From assembly GCA_016938235.1 (NCBI GenBank), contig JAFGVA010000121.1:2198-66197 (forward strand): DNA of 64,000 bases. The letters are read 5' to 3'. The first letter of the stretch is position 1; each line of letters starts with the position of its first letter. The notes under the pieces are model-generated. The model saw nothing but the letters and a program-made list of their open reading frames with translations, had not been told where the DNA came from and ran no database searches. The DNA comes from Bacteroidales bacterium (GTDB lineage: Bacteria > Bacteroidota > Bacteroidia > Bacteroidales > UBA10428). Shown one piece after another: positions 39,787 through 49,708 of this stretch. The position numbers and the translations under genes are program-made.

Positions 39787-41136
39787 TTACACTATTGTTT
39801 CAAGCATTTCAATCAGGCTGTTTCTAATTTCCTTGAGTTGAAGTAACTCAGCATTATTTTTAAGCCTTGAGCTGTATCTGAGCTTTGCTTTAATTTTTAC
39901 AAACCAGACCCTGATTCGATAAGCAAGTTTTCCTGCAAAAGGTAGCGAAACCAATAAAACAAGAGCCATCCACCATGCAGGTAAAAATATCAGTCCAAGC
40001 ATAAGTATAATAAGGTAGTATATGGCCTGAATAACCATTCCAACTCCCCATTTTGCTGTACTCACAAATTGAGGATCCTTAACTTTTTTTGCAAATTTTG
40101 GCGGGAAAATATAATGTGGCCAGTTTGCCAGGTAGCCGTAAAGCCAGAATGGTAATGTTGGCACCAAGGTAAGGATGAGTAATAAATTTCCAATAATTGA
40201 ATATTTTTCTTTTCTGAGCACCCAGTCTCTAAGGTTTAATTTGTCTCTTAGTCTGGCGTATTTAACGTATTCTTTTTTAATACCTTCCATTGCCTCTGGC
40301 TTTTCTTCAATCGCTTTGTTCAGTTTGTCGATAAGCATTTTATCTGTATCGAAACGCTTAGCCAGACTGTCTTTTTTAACCCCGAGTTTTTTGTACATTA
40401 CAGGCCTGTAAAAATACCTGAGTCCCATAATGGTATCGTAGTATTCTTCCGATTGAATATCAATCATTACTTTACTCATTTCTTCGGCAAGTTTATCCCG
40501 TAAAGCATTAGTTGCCAGTGCTTCGTTTTCAACATACATATCCCAATAATCGGCAACTTCGATTGGGGTACCTACATTGATAAATAAGTCTTGCTGAAAT
40601 TTCTGGTAATGAGTGTAATCGATCCCTGTTGGAACAATCTTTACTCCCGGTTTGTTTCCGAATTTTGCCTGTGCTTTAAAGGCTATTCTGAAAATACCTT
40701 TTACCAGGGGTCGCAGTCTGCGATCTTTTCCATGATTTCCTTCGGGAAAAAGACAAAGTGGAATACGTTTGTTTTCCAGAATTTTTGCAGAGTATTCGAA
40801 AATTTCTTCGTTTTTGTTCAGGCTTGATATACCATCACGAATACGGTATACCGGCATTATTTTCATTTTTGTGAGGAGGTTTTCAATAAATCCCTTCCTG
40901 AAAACATCGGCACGTGCCAGGAATGCAGTCTGAAAGGGTAGTTTAATAACTACAGCCAAGGGATCCATCAGGGCATTTTGGTGATTCGGAGCAATAATTA
41001 CCGATTCTTTTGTTTTAATAACCGATGCGTTTCTAAGTTTTATTTTGTTGTAATACAGGCTGTGAACAGGTTTAGCCCACAGATTTTTTAGCACAAAATG
41101 AAACAAGCTCCATTTATCTATGTTTTCTCTCCCCAT
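39787..41136 (-). CDS. Glycerolipid acyltransferase (PlsC/LPLAT superfamily) with C-terminal TM segments
   Basis: NHQNALMDP (HX4D), FLARAD.F, PVYR.RDG, FPEG.H, G..RIA. Confidence 0.88.
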   Translation of the reverse strand: MGRENIDKWSLFHFVLKNLWAKPVHSLYYNKIKLRNASVIKTKESVIIAPNHQNALMDPLAVVIKLPFQTAFLARADVFRKGFIENLLTKMKIMPVYRIRDGISSLNKNEEIFEYSAKILENKRIPLCLFPEGNHGKDRRLRPLVKGIFRIAFKAQAKFGNKPGVKIVPTGIDYTHYQKFQQDLFINVGTPIEVADYWDMYVENEALATNALRDKLAEEMSKVMIDIQSEEYYDTIMGLRYFYRPVMYKKLGVKKDSLAKRFDTDKMLIDKLNKAIEEKPEAMEGIKKEYVKYARLRDKLNLRDWVLRKEKYSIIGNLLLILTLVPTLPFWLYGYLANWPHYIFPPKFAKKVKDPQFVSTAKWGVGMVIQAIYYLIILMLGLIFLPAWWMALVLLVSLPFAGKLAYRIRVWFVKIKAKLRYSSRLKNNAELLQLKEIRNSLIEMLETIV

Positions 41137-41277
41137 TGAAAAGCAAATTGTTAATTTGCCGACAAAGTTAAGAGCTTACTTTAATAATCAAAATTACTGT
41201 TTAATACGTCGTAATTAAAAGGGTATTAATTTTCGTCGTAAAGACTAATGCGAACATAAATTTATCTCATAGCAGAA

Positions 41278-42234
41278 TTACGACTTTACTTTCGGTTCCC
41301 TAAGCGACCAGATTCCGGCTATTGCAAGTCCGGAAATAATGTGCCAAACACCCCACCAGGCCGCAATAAATGCCATGCCACCGTTATTTAATTCTACGGG
41401 GAATATTTTTGGATTAAACAACAAGGCTAAAGCCAGGCCTGAATTTTGTATTCCGGTTTCAATGGTTATTGCTCTGCGGTTTGCTCCCCTGATTTTCCAG
41501 ATTCTTGCAAATAAATTACCTGATAATAGGGCAATAATATTATGTGCTAAAACAATCAGGAAAATAAACTTTATGTATGCCATAAAATTGGTGAAATTGT
41601 TAGAAAGCATAACTCCAACAATGCCAAAGAAAACAACAATGGATGCTATACGAATAGGTTTGTCGATTTTTGAAGTTGTTTTTGGAAAGAAATGATTAAA
41701 CAACATACCTAATACAAGGGGAATGCCTAACAGAATAAAAACGGCTTCAAACATTTTATTAGGATTAATATCTAAAGGTTGAAGCAGCTGGTTGGTAGAA
41801 TTACTGAGAAATTTATTATACAATCCACCATAGATATCGAAGTTTAGTGGAGTAAAAACAATGGCTGCAATGGTTGCAATGGCGGTTAGGCTAACAGAAA
41901 GTGCTGCATTTCCTTTTGCCAGAGCAGTCATGAAATTACTTACATTTCCTCCTGGACATGCAGCAACAAGTATCATACCCATTGCCATAGTGGGCGAAAT
42001 AAACCAACTGAGTGCCAGTACAGTAATGAAGGTTATTGCCGGTAAAACAAAAAACTGTGAAACAAATCCAATAATTGGCAGTTTTGGTTCTAAGAACACA
42101 TCTTTGAAATTTTTAATTTTAATACCCAATGCAACACCAAACATGATAAATGCCAGTGTTATATTCAGGATAAAAATCCCCTCCTCAGAAAAATTTAATC
42201 TTATCTGATCAAGAACTTGTAAGGAATCATTCAT
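41278..42234 (-). CDS. Bile acid:sodium symporter (BASS) family transporter
   Basis: IMFGVAL, ACPGGNVSN, GN.ALSVSLT, IETGIQNSGLA. Confidence 0.92.
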   Translation of the reverse strand: MNDSLQVLDQIRLNFSEEGIFILNITLAFIMFGVALGIKIKNFKDVFLEPKLPIIGFVSQFFVLPAITFITVLALSWFISPTMAMGMILVAACPGGNVSNFMTALAKGNAALSVSLTAIATIAAIVFTPLNFDIYGGLYNKFLSNSTNQLLQPLDINPNKMFEAVFILLGIPLVLGMLFNHFFPKTTSKIDKPIRIASIVVFFGIVGVMLSNNFTNFMAYIKFIFLIVLAHNIIALLSGNLFARIWKIRGANRRAITIETGIQNSGLALALLFNPKIFPVELNNGGMAFIAAWWGVWHIISGLAIAGIWSLREPKVKS

Positions 42235-42312
42235 TTTGCTTAGCTTTAAAGGCGAATAAAAATTGCAAAAAAAAGTAAGACTACCAAAAGCATAAAATTA
42301 ATAAGAAATATT

Positions 42313-42834
42313 ATGATAGGTTGGGAAAACATATTTAAACAAATTCAAACCGATGATTTAAACATAAATCCATTCAAACTTATTGGTGACGAATGGTTTT
42401 TACTAACTGCCGGTAACCGGAATAGTTTTAATACTATGACGGCAAGCTGGGGTACTATGGGTGAGTTTTGGAATAAACCTGTTGCTATTTGTTTTATTCG
42501 CCCAAACAGGCACACATATGAATTTGCCGAAGAAAGTGATGTGTTTAGCTTGAGCTTCGTAGGCAATGAGAATAAAGATATTCTCAGATTCTGCGGATCA
42601 AAATCAGGAAGAGATACCGATAAAATTAAAGAAACAGGTCTAAAGCCAGTAATACTTAAAAACGAAGGGGTAAGTTTTGAACAGGCACATTTGGTTATTG
42701 AATGCCGGAAAATTTATTTCGATGATATTAAACCGGTATTCATTATTCCGGATAATATTGATGATAGCATTTACCCCAACAAAGATTACCACCGAATGTA
42801 TATCGGCGAGGTAATTGGCGTTTACAAAAAATAA
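42313..42834 (+). CDS. Flavin reductase-like protein
   Basis: FNTMTASWG, IRPNRHT, CGSKSGRDTDK, YHRMYIGEV. Confidence 0.85.
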   Translation: MIGWENIFKQIQTDDLNINPFKLIGDEWFLLTAGNRNSFNTMTASWGTMGEFWNKPVAICFIRPNRHTYEFAEESDVFSLSFVGNENKDILRFCGSKSGRDTDKIKETGLKPVILKNEGVSFEQAHLVIECRKIYFDDIKPVFIIPDNIDDSIYPNKDYHRMYIGEVIGVYKK

Positions 42835-42841
42835 AAATTGA

Positions 42842-42956
42842 GAGATTGTCCAAAAAAGTCCATTTTTCGTTATCCTTTAAACATTTTTATTTAAGAGAAA
42901 CTTTAGCACAATTCAAAAGTGAGCTATAATAGTATTTGAACTTTTTGGACAATCTC
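42842..42956. mobile_element. 115-bp MITE-like element with 15-bp terminal inverted repeats (IS1182-like ends)
   Basis: GAGATTGTCCAAAAA at 42842-42856 and TTTTTGGACAATCTC at 42942-42956 flank a non-coding AT-rich spacer. Confidence 0.55.
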
Positions 42957-42961
42957 ATCCC

Positions 42962-45900
42962 TTACAAAATGTTTATTTTCCTTATTATTGTAAACGATTC
43001 CCCCTTAATTTGAATGAAATACATTCCCGGGCCATATCCATCGCTGGCAGGGGTTTTTATTGTATTAGAGTGTTTGCCTTTATCAAAGTGTGAATTTACG
43101 GGTATAGAAATCAGGCTTCCACTTGAGTTATATATGCTAACAGAGATTTGTTGTGCTTTAATAATTACAAAATCAATAATTATAAAGTCAGTTGCCGGAT
43201 TTGGATACAATAACACACTCTTGCTGATATCTGTATTATCAAGGCCTACCCCATCTTTGGTGGTAAACTTATAGGTTGCTGACCAGTCACCGGTAAGTGT
43301 AGAGTTTGTTGCAGCTACTCTCCAGTAAAACGAACTTTGGTCGGCAAGTGTTGGCGGGCTGTATGAGACAGAGCTGATACCTGATTCATTAACAACCAGG
43401 GTTTCGAAATCTCTGTCAACAGCAAGTTGAACAGTATAACCGCTTGCCCCCGATATGCTACTCCAGGTTAAGGTTGGGTTAACAGAAATATTTTCTGATT
43501 GGAATTCCGGAGATATTAGTTGGGGTATTCCCAAAGCCACCTGGTTTCCTGAAATACCATCGAACCATTGTACACCACCATTTGTAGCTACCCATACGTA
43601 GCCCTGAATATCGGAGGTAATATAGTTTACGCTGTTATTTATTAATCCTTCACTTTTGGTTAAGTTAAATACGCCACCGTCGGGTAATACTATGGAAATT
43701 CCCGAAGGAGTTCCCAGCCATGCATTTTTATCTTGATCAACCAAAACTGTATTTACAGTATTGTTAATCAGAGACTCGCCATCAACATCATAGAGTATCC
43801 AATCTCCTTTTGTTTCAACCGAAGGATGAAAATAGGCTCCAACATCGGTTCCGTACCATTGTGTTGTATCATCAACATCAATAGCATAGAAATTGTCAGA
43901 GGTTACCGCCGACCATGGGGAGCCATATGTCGAAGCGCCTGTAAAACCATCAATTTCATTGTACTCATACCTTACAATGCCTTTTCCTTCTGTAGTAATA
44001 AGTGCTACAGTATCTTTTGTATAGATATCAATGTCGGAGATATTATATTCATAGAAATTGAAATCTTCTTCCTGTGAATCAATACCGGTTAAGATGCTGT
44101 TCCAGGTGTTGCCCTTGAAAACGCTTAATGCAGAATCGGTTCCTACCCACCGGTTATGATGCTGGTCAACGGCAACCGCAGCAACTTTTGAGCCAACCAT
44201 TAAGCTGTTTACCGGGATGTAGGTTGTTGCTGAAGTAATTCCATCTACATCATTATATGCTGCAACAGTTAATCCGCTATCTGTAGCAACCCATAATTCT
44301 TTGCCATAAGTAGTAGAATATTCGTAAGCAATGTCGTTTACAAAGCTGTTTAATAAAACAGTATCGAAGTGTTTCCAGCCCGTTTCATTTAAGCTTGAGA
44401 CTCCGGCATCGGTTCCGATCCAAACTGTATTTGAAGAATCGACATAGATGGCATTAACCTTATTGCTTGGCAATTCGCTGTTTTCAGTAGTAATCTCAGA
44501 AGGATAAGAATTAGAGCTGCTTATTAATTTTACAAGCTCAATTCCGCTTCCGGTTTCCAGGTTTCTTGAATATTGCTTGTCATCAGCATTGTTCCAGTGT
44601 TCATGTGTTCCCAGACTACCAATAACAGAACCGTCGTTTTCCGGGTCGTATTCAATTCCATCCGGCCAGTAGCTATTGTCGGCCGCTTGCAGTAGATAGT
44701 CATCCGCACCATCTATGTATGGGTATTGAATACTTGCAGACTTGGTTTTGTATTCTTCTAACAGAAAATCATAACAAACCGATTCAATTGCAACCGGATC
44801 CTGCGAAACAAAAAGCGAGGATGTATAGTCACCATTGAAAGGTGTCATTTCCCATTTTTCAACAATACCTTCCCAGTTTCTGCCCGACCATATTCCATCG
44901 ATTATGTATAGAAGGGTTTTGCCGCCAAGATGCTCATGACTCATATAATCGACCAGGTGCCTGTATTTGCCATGGCCCTCGTTATTTGCCGGTAAAGAAT
45001 AATGCATATCCTGTGCCGACTGATTACTGGCAATTCCGTCATCCTGAATATATGATCCCTGGTGATTCTTTGCGGCAAGTGTTATTGCACCTTCATTATG
45101 GGTTTTTAGGCATGGCATATTAATAAAGTAACTTGCATCAACATATTCCTGGGGTAAGCGTGACGCTTCAACTCCATCACTAAATATCAGAAGGTCTTCG
45201 GTGGTAAGTGTAGTTTGCTGACGACCGTTATAGCCGTCGCCATCCATATAATGCACATCGGGATAAACCGAATGTAAATAATCCCAGTATATATCATGAA
45301 ATCTTCTGAATGGATCCCCAAGGTAAATGTCGGATTGAGCCACACCAACGTTTTCAACAAGCTGTTTTAACAAGGCCAGACATACTTCGGGTGTTGCATC
45401 CATATGATCCAGCCAGCCGGCTTTTTCGGTTTGATTATTCCAGCCGCCACAGCAAGATGTTGTCAGGTTAATTTTTATGTAAATCTTTTCGCCACTTGTA
45501 TAGCTTAGGTCACCTTTATCATGATTTCTGTTGAAATACCTGAATATGGAATCCCAGGCAATACCAATATCTGAAACACCGGCTATGTTTAAAATTGCAT
45601 CGTCAAGCATTTCAGATACAACTTCCTGATTGGTATTCTGAAACCAGTAGTCACCGGCAGTATTTGTGCAGGTTTCGTCGGTTGCTTCAGGATTATAAAC
45701 CCAAACAACTCTTCCGGGTATGATACCCTTCGCTTGTCCTATTGGTTCATTTGGCCCCAGTAAAGGATCTGCCAAGGTTTCTGCTTTTATCGAACCCGGC
45801 GTTGCAGGAATAGTTAAAACCGCAAAAACAATACTTAATACTAAAAAAGAAAATGCTATTTGATATTTAGAAATTTTCAGGAATTTTCTGAATTTTCCGA

Positions 45901-46135
45901 AGGAAAAAACAGAAGCCGACAGCGCTATCAGATAAATAATAAATGCTGAAGCCCAGGGAGCCGCGGCTTTCATACACGGATAGCCTGCTCTTTGCGGTTT
46001 TGGCACAACACGAACCAGAAACCAGATTGTTGATAATATCCCAATAACAACAAAGCTTGCTTTGGCGGGGGTTTTTATTTTTTTCAGATAGTTCTGTATC
46101 TTAATGATACCTGAAGATGCGCGAAGTTTGCTCAT
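42962..46135 (-). CDS. DUF362-domain protein with beta-propeller (Reg_prop-like) repeats, Fn3-like domain and type-A T9SS CTD
   Basis: GIIPGRVVW, IKINL, INMPCLKTH..ITLAAKNHQG, SQDPVAIESV (DUF362); repeated (V/L)W(I/V)(G/A)T..G; YWRVAA; YPNPA..GMYFI..KINI. Confidence 0.8.
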   Translation of the reverse strand: MSKLRASSGIIKIQNYLKKIKTPAKASFVVIGILSTIWFLVRVVPKPQRAGYPCMKAAAPWASAFIIYLIALSASVFSFGKFRKFLKISKYQIAFSFLVLSIVFAVLTIPATPGSIKAETLADPLLGPNEPIGQAKGIIPGRVVWVYNPEATDETCTNTAGDYWFQNTNQEVVSEMLDDAILNIAGVSDIGIAWDSIFRYFNRNHDKGDLSYTSGEKIYIKINLTTSCCGGWNNQTEKAGWLDHMDATPEVCLALLKQLVENVGVAQSDIYLGDPFRRFHDIYWDYLHSVYPDVHYMDGDGYNGRQQTTLTTEDLLIFSDGVEASRLPQEYVDASYFINMPCLKTHNEGAITLAAKNHQGSYIQDDGIASNQSAQDMHYSLPANNEGHGKYRHLVDYMSHEHLGGKTLLYIIDGIWSGRNWEGIVEKWEMTPFNGDYTSSLFVSQDPVAIESVCYDFLLEEYKTKSASIQYPYIDGADDYLLQAADNSYWPDGIEYDPENDGSVIGSLGTHEHWNNADDKQYSRNLETGSGIELVKLISSSNSYPSEITTENSELPSNKVNAIYVDSSNTVWIGTDAGVSSLNETGWKHFDTVLLNSFVNDIAYEYSTTYGKELWVATDSGLTVAAYNDVDGITSATTYIPVNSLMVGSKVAAVAVDQHHNRWVGTDSALSVFKGNTWNSILTGIDSQEEDFNFYEYNISDIDIYTKDTVALITTEGKGIVRYEYNEIDGFTGASTYGSPWSAVTSDNFYAIDVDDTTQWYGTDVGAYFHPSVETKGDWILYDVDGESLINNTVNTVLVDQDKNAWLGTPSGISIVLPDGGVFNLTKSEGLINNSVNYITSDIQGYVWVATNGGVQWFDGISGNQVALGIPQLISPEFQSENISVNPTLTWSSISGASGYTVQLAVDRDFETLVVNESGISSVSYSPPTLADQSSFYWRVAATNSTLTGDWSATYKFTTKDGVGLDNTDISKSVLLYPNPATDFIIIDFVIIKAQQISVSIYNSSGSLISIPVNSHFDKGKHSNTIKTPASDGYGPGMYFIQIKGESFTIIRKINIL

Positions 46136-46273
46136 AATTTCTATAGTTAAGGGTTAAGGTTTTGTCAAATAAAGATAATATATCAGCCATGTCTGTTAGT
46201 AAAAATACTAAAAAAATTGTTCTGCAAAACAGCACTATCATCTTATTAACATATTGATAGTGTTTGGTATTAT

Positions 46274-46816
46274 CTAAAATTCGGCTTTTCCCTGCTCTAT
46301 CATATGAAAATGCTTTGTAAGGCCTGAAAGCATGGCGCTAAAGGTTTGCATTGCATCTTTAGTTTGCTTACCGATTTCTTTGTTCTTCAACCTCAGAAGG
46401 AGTAATCCATAGAGTCCATAAAAACATACTTCAACCTCATTGGCATCAGGTTTTTGAAGTTTTTGTTTAAAATGAATTATACTCTCCCGGGCTGCTTCAT
46501 AAAGCGAAAAATATACAGGGTCTTTCAGTTCAAAAATTAAACGTTTATGGAGTTCATATAACTCGTCAATAACAGCGGTAACGATTTTCAGATGTCCTTT
46601 TGTTTTTATGCCTTCTTCATGCATCGAAAGAATAAGATTTGCATACCAATCCCTTATTTCTTCGTTTTTTGATCCCTTTTGTTTGAATTGAGCAATTATT
46701 TTTTCCTCAACCAAATCCATATTGAAATTAAGAGCACGCAAGGTATCTTCAACCTGCCACATATATAAAACATACTCCGAAACATTTTTTTTTCTTCTTT
46801 CCCGGGCAACTAACAT
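46274..46816 (-). CDS. DUF4924 family protein
   Basis: N-x-x-EY-x-LYMWQ-x-ED-x-x-RA, GHL, LYGLLLLRL. Confidence 0.8.
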   Translation of the reverse strand: MLVARERRKKNVSEYVLYMWQVEDTLRALNFNMDLVEEKIIAQFKQKGSKNEEIRDWYANLILSMHEEGIKTKGHLKIVTAVIDELYELHKRLIFELKDPVYFSLYEAARESIIHFKQKLQKPDANEVEVCFYGLYGLLLLRLKNKEIGKQTKDAMQTFSAMLSGLTKHFHMIEQGKAEF

Positions 46817-46822
46817 TATAAT

Positions 46823-47200
46823 CTAATGGTTTTCAGTATTTAATTTATCAATTGTTCTGCGTTCTTTCTTGGTTGGACGTCCGGCACCCCTGTCTCGTTT
46901 CACAAAAAATGTCTCATTTATTTTTAATTTATCAAGCTCCTCAACAGAAGTCAAATCTTCAATAAAATCGGGCACCAGTTTTGCAGAAAGCCTGCTTTTA
47001 ACCAGCTTTTGAATTTTATAAGTATAAATTACCGGAGGTTTTCTGACAGTAACTATTTCGTTACCTACAAGTTCTTTCGATGGTTTAACAGGCATATTAT
47101 TTATCAGAACCCTGCCTTTTGCACAGGCATCAGAAGCTAAGGTTCTGGTTTTAAAAATCCGAACAGCCCACAACCATTTATCAATTCTAATTTTCTCCAT
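46823..47200 (-). CDS. hslR: S4-domain ribosome-associated heat shock protein Hsp15
   Basis: RIDKWLWAVRIFKTR, RGAGRPTKKERR. Confidence 0.92.
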   Translation of the reverse strand: MEKIRIDKWLWAVRIFKTRTLASDACAKGRVLINNMPVKPSKELVGNEIVTVRKPPVIYTYKIQKLVKSRLSAKLVPDFIEDLTSVEELDKLKINETFFVKRDRGAGRPTKKERRTIDKLNTENH

Positions 47201-47288
47201 ATCGGCAAATTTAAGAATTTTGTTCTTTCATTCGCGGAAAAGCTAATCGGCAACTAATTTTCTGAACAGATTTGGATAAATAGATTAT

Positions 47289-47610
47289 TTAGTTGATTGA
47301 TTGTTTCAGTTCAAGTGGAATTGACAGGTAGAATGTTGTGCCATTAATCGCATTTGAAATAAAAGCAACCTTGCCTTTAAGAAATTTCTCGCCTAACAAT
47401 TTAATGCTATATGTACCCATTCTACGGTTCAACCCTTTACTGGAGAATGAACGATGAAAAATCTTATGCTTTGCTTCAACCGACATTTCTTGCTTGTTGT
47501 TAACCTCAATGATTAAATTCTCGTCTTTAATATTTGTTTGAATATTGACAACATCGCCTTCCAGAGAAGCTTCGAGGGCATTTTTCAACAAATTTATTAT
47601 TACACGATTT
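47289..47610 (-). pseudogene. Histidine kinase ATPase (HATPase_c) C-terminal remnant
   Basis: N-box NLLKNALEA, IF.RSFSSKG, altered G2 box (GLNRRMG), GTTF. No HisKA or sensor part upstream. Confidence 0.65.
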
Positions 47611-47712
47611 TGTTTGCAAAGTTTCCAGAGCAAATTGAAGGCTGGAAGCTTTACTGATAATATCATGGCAGAAAATTTCTTCTAAAATTTCTTTTCTTTT
47701 TTTATTAAATTA

Positions 47713-47758
47713 ATGAAAACAATCATATTCTAAAAGAGAATAATATGACTGAAATCAT
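47713..47758. promoter_or_regulatory. Pair of ATGA-N5-ATCAT palindromic boxes upstream of gdhA
   Basis: ATGAAAACAATCAT at 47713-47726 and ATGACTGAAATCAT at 47745-47758, 32 bp apart. Confidence 0.55.
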
Positions 47759-47815
47759 ACTCATAGAGATGATTTAAATCTATTTTAACAAACAAGAATT
47801 TTAATATCTCAGATT

Positions 47816-49153
47816 ATGGATGTAGATAAAATAATGCAGGGACTAGCCCATAGGAATCCCGGTGAAACAGAATATTTACAAGCTGTTCACGAAGTATTGG
47901 AATCAATTGTTGAAGTTTATAACCAGAATCCACAATTTAAAACCGCGAATATAATTGAGCGATTGATAGAACCTGACAGGGTGCTGACCTTTAAGGTACC
48001 TTGGTTTGACGATGCCGGTAATGTACATGTAAACCGGGGGTTCAGGATTCAATTTAATAATGCAATTGGTCCATATAAAGGAGGGCTTCGATTTCACCCC
48101 AGTGTAAATTTGAGCATACTTAAGTTTTTAGGATTCGAGCAAATTTTTAAAAATGCCCTGACAACCCTGCCAATGGGTGGTGCTAAAGGAGGTTCTGATT
48201 TTCAGCCTAAGGGTAAATCGAACAACGAGATTATGCGTTTTTGCCAGTCATATATGTTGGAGCTGGAACGAATAATTGGTCCTGATACAGATGTACCTGC
48301 CGGCGATATTGGTGTTGGTTCCAGGGAAATCGGATATCTGTATGGTGCCTTTAAAAAACTAACACACAGGCATGTGGGGGTTTTAACCGGTAAAGGAGTG
48401 AATTGGGGAGGTAGTTTAATTCGTCCCGAGGCCACCGGTTTTGGTGCGGTTTATTTTGCCAAGGAAATGTTCGAAACCAGAAATGAATCTTTAGAAGGTA
48501 AAACGGTAACAGTTTCAGGATTTGGAAATGTTGCCTGGGGAGCAGTAACCAAATTAACCGAACTGGGAGCAAAGGTTGTGACCCTCTCCGGACCTGATGG
48601 TTACATATACGATGAAGACGGGATTAAAGGTGATAAAATTGACTACATGCTTGAGTTGAGAGCAAGTAATGAAGATATTATTGCTCCCTTTGCTGATGAA
48701 TTTGATAGTGCCGTATTTGTTCCAAACAAGCATCCCTGGGAAATTAAGTGTGATATTGCAATGCCCTGTGCCACCCAGAATGAGCTGAATGAAGAAGATG
48801 CCAAAACATTGGTAAAGAATGGTTGCATGGGGATCTGCGAAGGAGCAAATATGCCATGTACCCCCGAAGCTATTGAGCTAATTCAGGGAAATAAACTGTT
48901 ATATGCGCCGGGAAAAGCTGCTAATGCTGGTGGTGTAGCTACTTCAGGATTGGAAATGACTCAAAATGCTATGAAGTTACGATGGCCTAAAGAAGAGGTA
49001 GATACAAGACTTCATCAGATAATGCAGGCTATTCACGAAACCTGTAAACAATATGGAACACTGCCTGATGGATACGTTGATTATGTGAAAGGTGCCAATA
49101 TTGCAGGATTTTTAAAAGTTGCCAATGCAATGATAGACCAAGGTGTAATTTAA
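47816..49153 (+). CDS. gdhA: Glutamate dehydrogenase (NADP-specific GdhA type)
   Basis: GPYKGGLRFHP, MGGAKGGSDF, DVPAGDIGVG, RPEATGFG, KAANAGGVA. Confidence 0.96.
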   Translation: MDVDKIMQGLAHRNPGETEYLQAVHEVLESIVEVYNQNPQFKTANIIERLIEPDRVLTFKVPWFDDAGNVHVNRGFRIQFNNAIGPYKGGLRFHPSVNLSILKFLGFEQIFKNALTTLPMGGAKGGSDFQPKGKSNNEIMRFCQSYMLELERIIGPDTDVPAGDIGVGSREIGYLYGAFKKLTHRHVGVLTGKGVNWGGSLIRPEATGFGAVYFAKEMFETRNESLEGKTVTVSGFGNVAWGAVTKLTELGAKVVTLSGPDGYIYDEDGIKGDKIDYMLELRASNEDIIAPFADEFDSAVFVPNKHPWEIKCDIAMPCATQNELNEEDAKTLVKNGCMGICEGANMPCTPEAIELIQGNKLLYAPGKAANAGGVATSGLEMTQNAMKLRWPKEEVDTRLHQIMQAIHETCKQYGTLPDGYVDYVKGANIAGFLKVANAMIDQGVI

Positions 49154-49219
49154 TTCTGGATAGTTTCTTATTCAGGAAAAATATTTCAGTTTGTAAATAA
49201 ATATTGGTTTAGAGCCAAA

Positions 49220-49615
49220 TTATTCCGGGAACATCGAAATATACTTTTTATCTGTCTCAAGAATGTGATTGATTAACCATTTCTGAAGAAAACTGGTAAT
49301 TCTGGTAGAAAACGACTTGGGATTTTCTTTGTATTTTTCGGTGATTTCCTGAATAGTATTGATAAATATTTTGTGTTCTTTTATGTGTTCTTCGGCTTCT
49401 GCATAATTATAAAAGGCAAAAAGTTTTTCCTCCTCTTTAAAATGATTTTCGGTATAATCTGATAATTCATTAATAATTCGTTCAACTCCTAAATTATCAG
49501 ATTTTGTTACAAAAGCCTCATACAAATCGTTTATTAGAGCAAATAATTTTTTATGCTGATTGTCAATCACTTCATTTTTAACAGAATAATCTTCTCTCCA
49601 ACTTATAAAATTCAT
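49220..49615 (-). CDS. Bacteriohemerythrin
   Basis: Intact di-iron ligands: IDNQH, HF..EE, H..EH, WL.NHI...D. Confidence 0.92.
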   Translation of the reverse strand: MNFISWREDYSVKNEVIDNQHKKLFALINDLYEAFVTKSDNLGVERIINELSDYTENHFKEEEKLFAFYNYAEAEEHIKEHKIFINTIQEITEKYKENPKSFSTRITSFLQKWLINHILETDKKYISMFPE

Positions 49616-49708
49616 ATTATATATCTTTTAGTTAGAAACTACTATTATCTAAATTTAATCTTTATTATTGAATTTAAAAATAACAATTGAACAGCAAATC
49701 AATATTTT

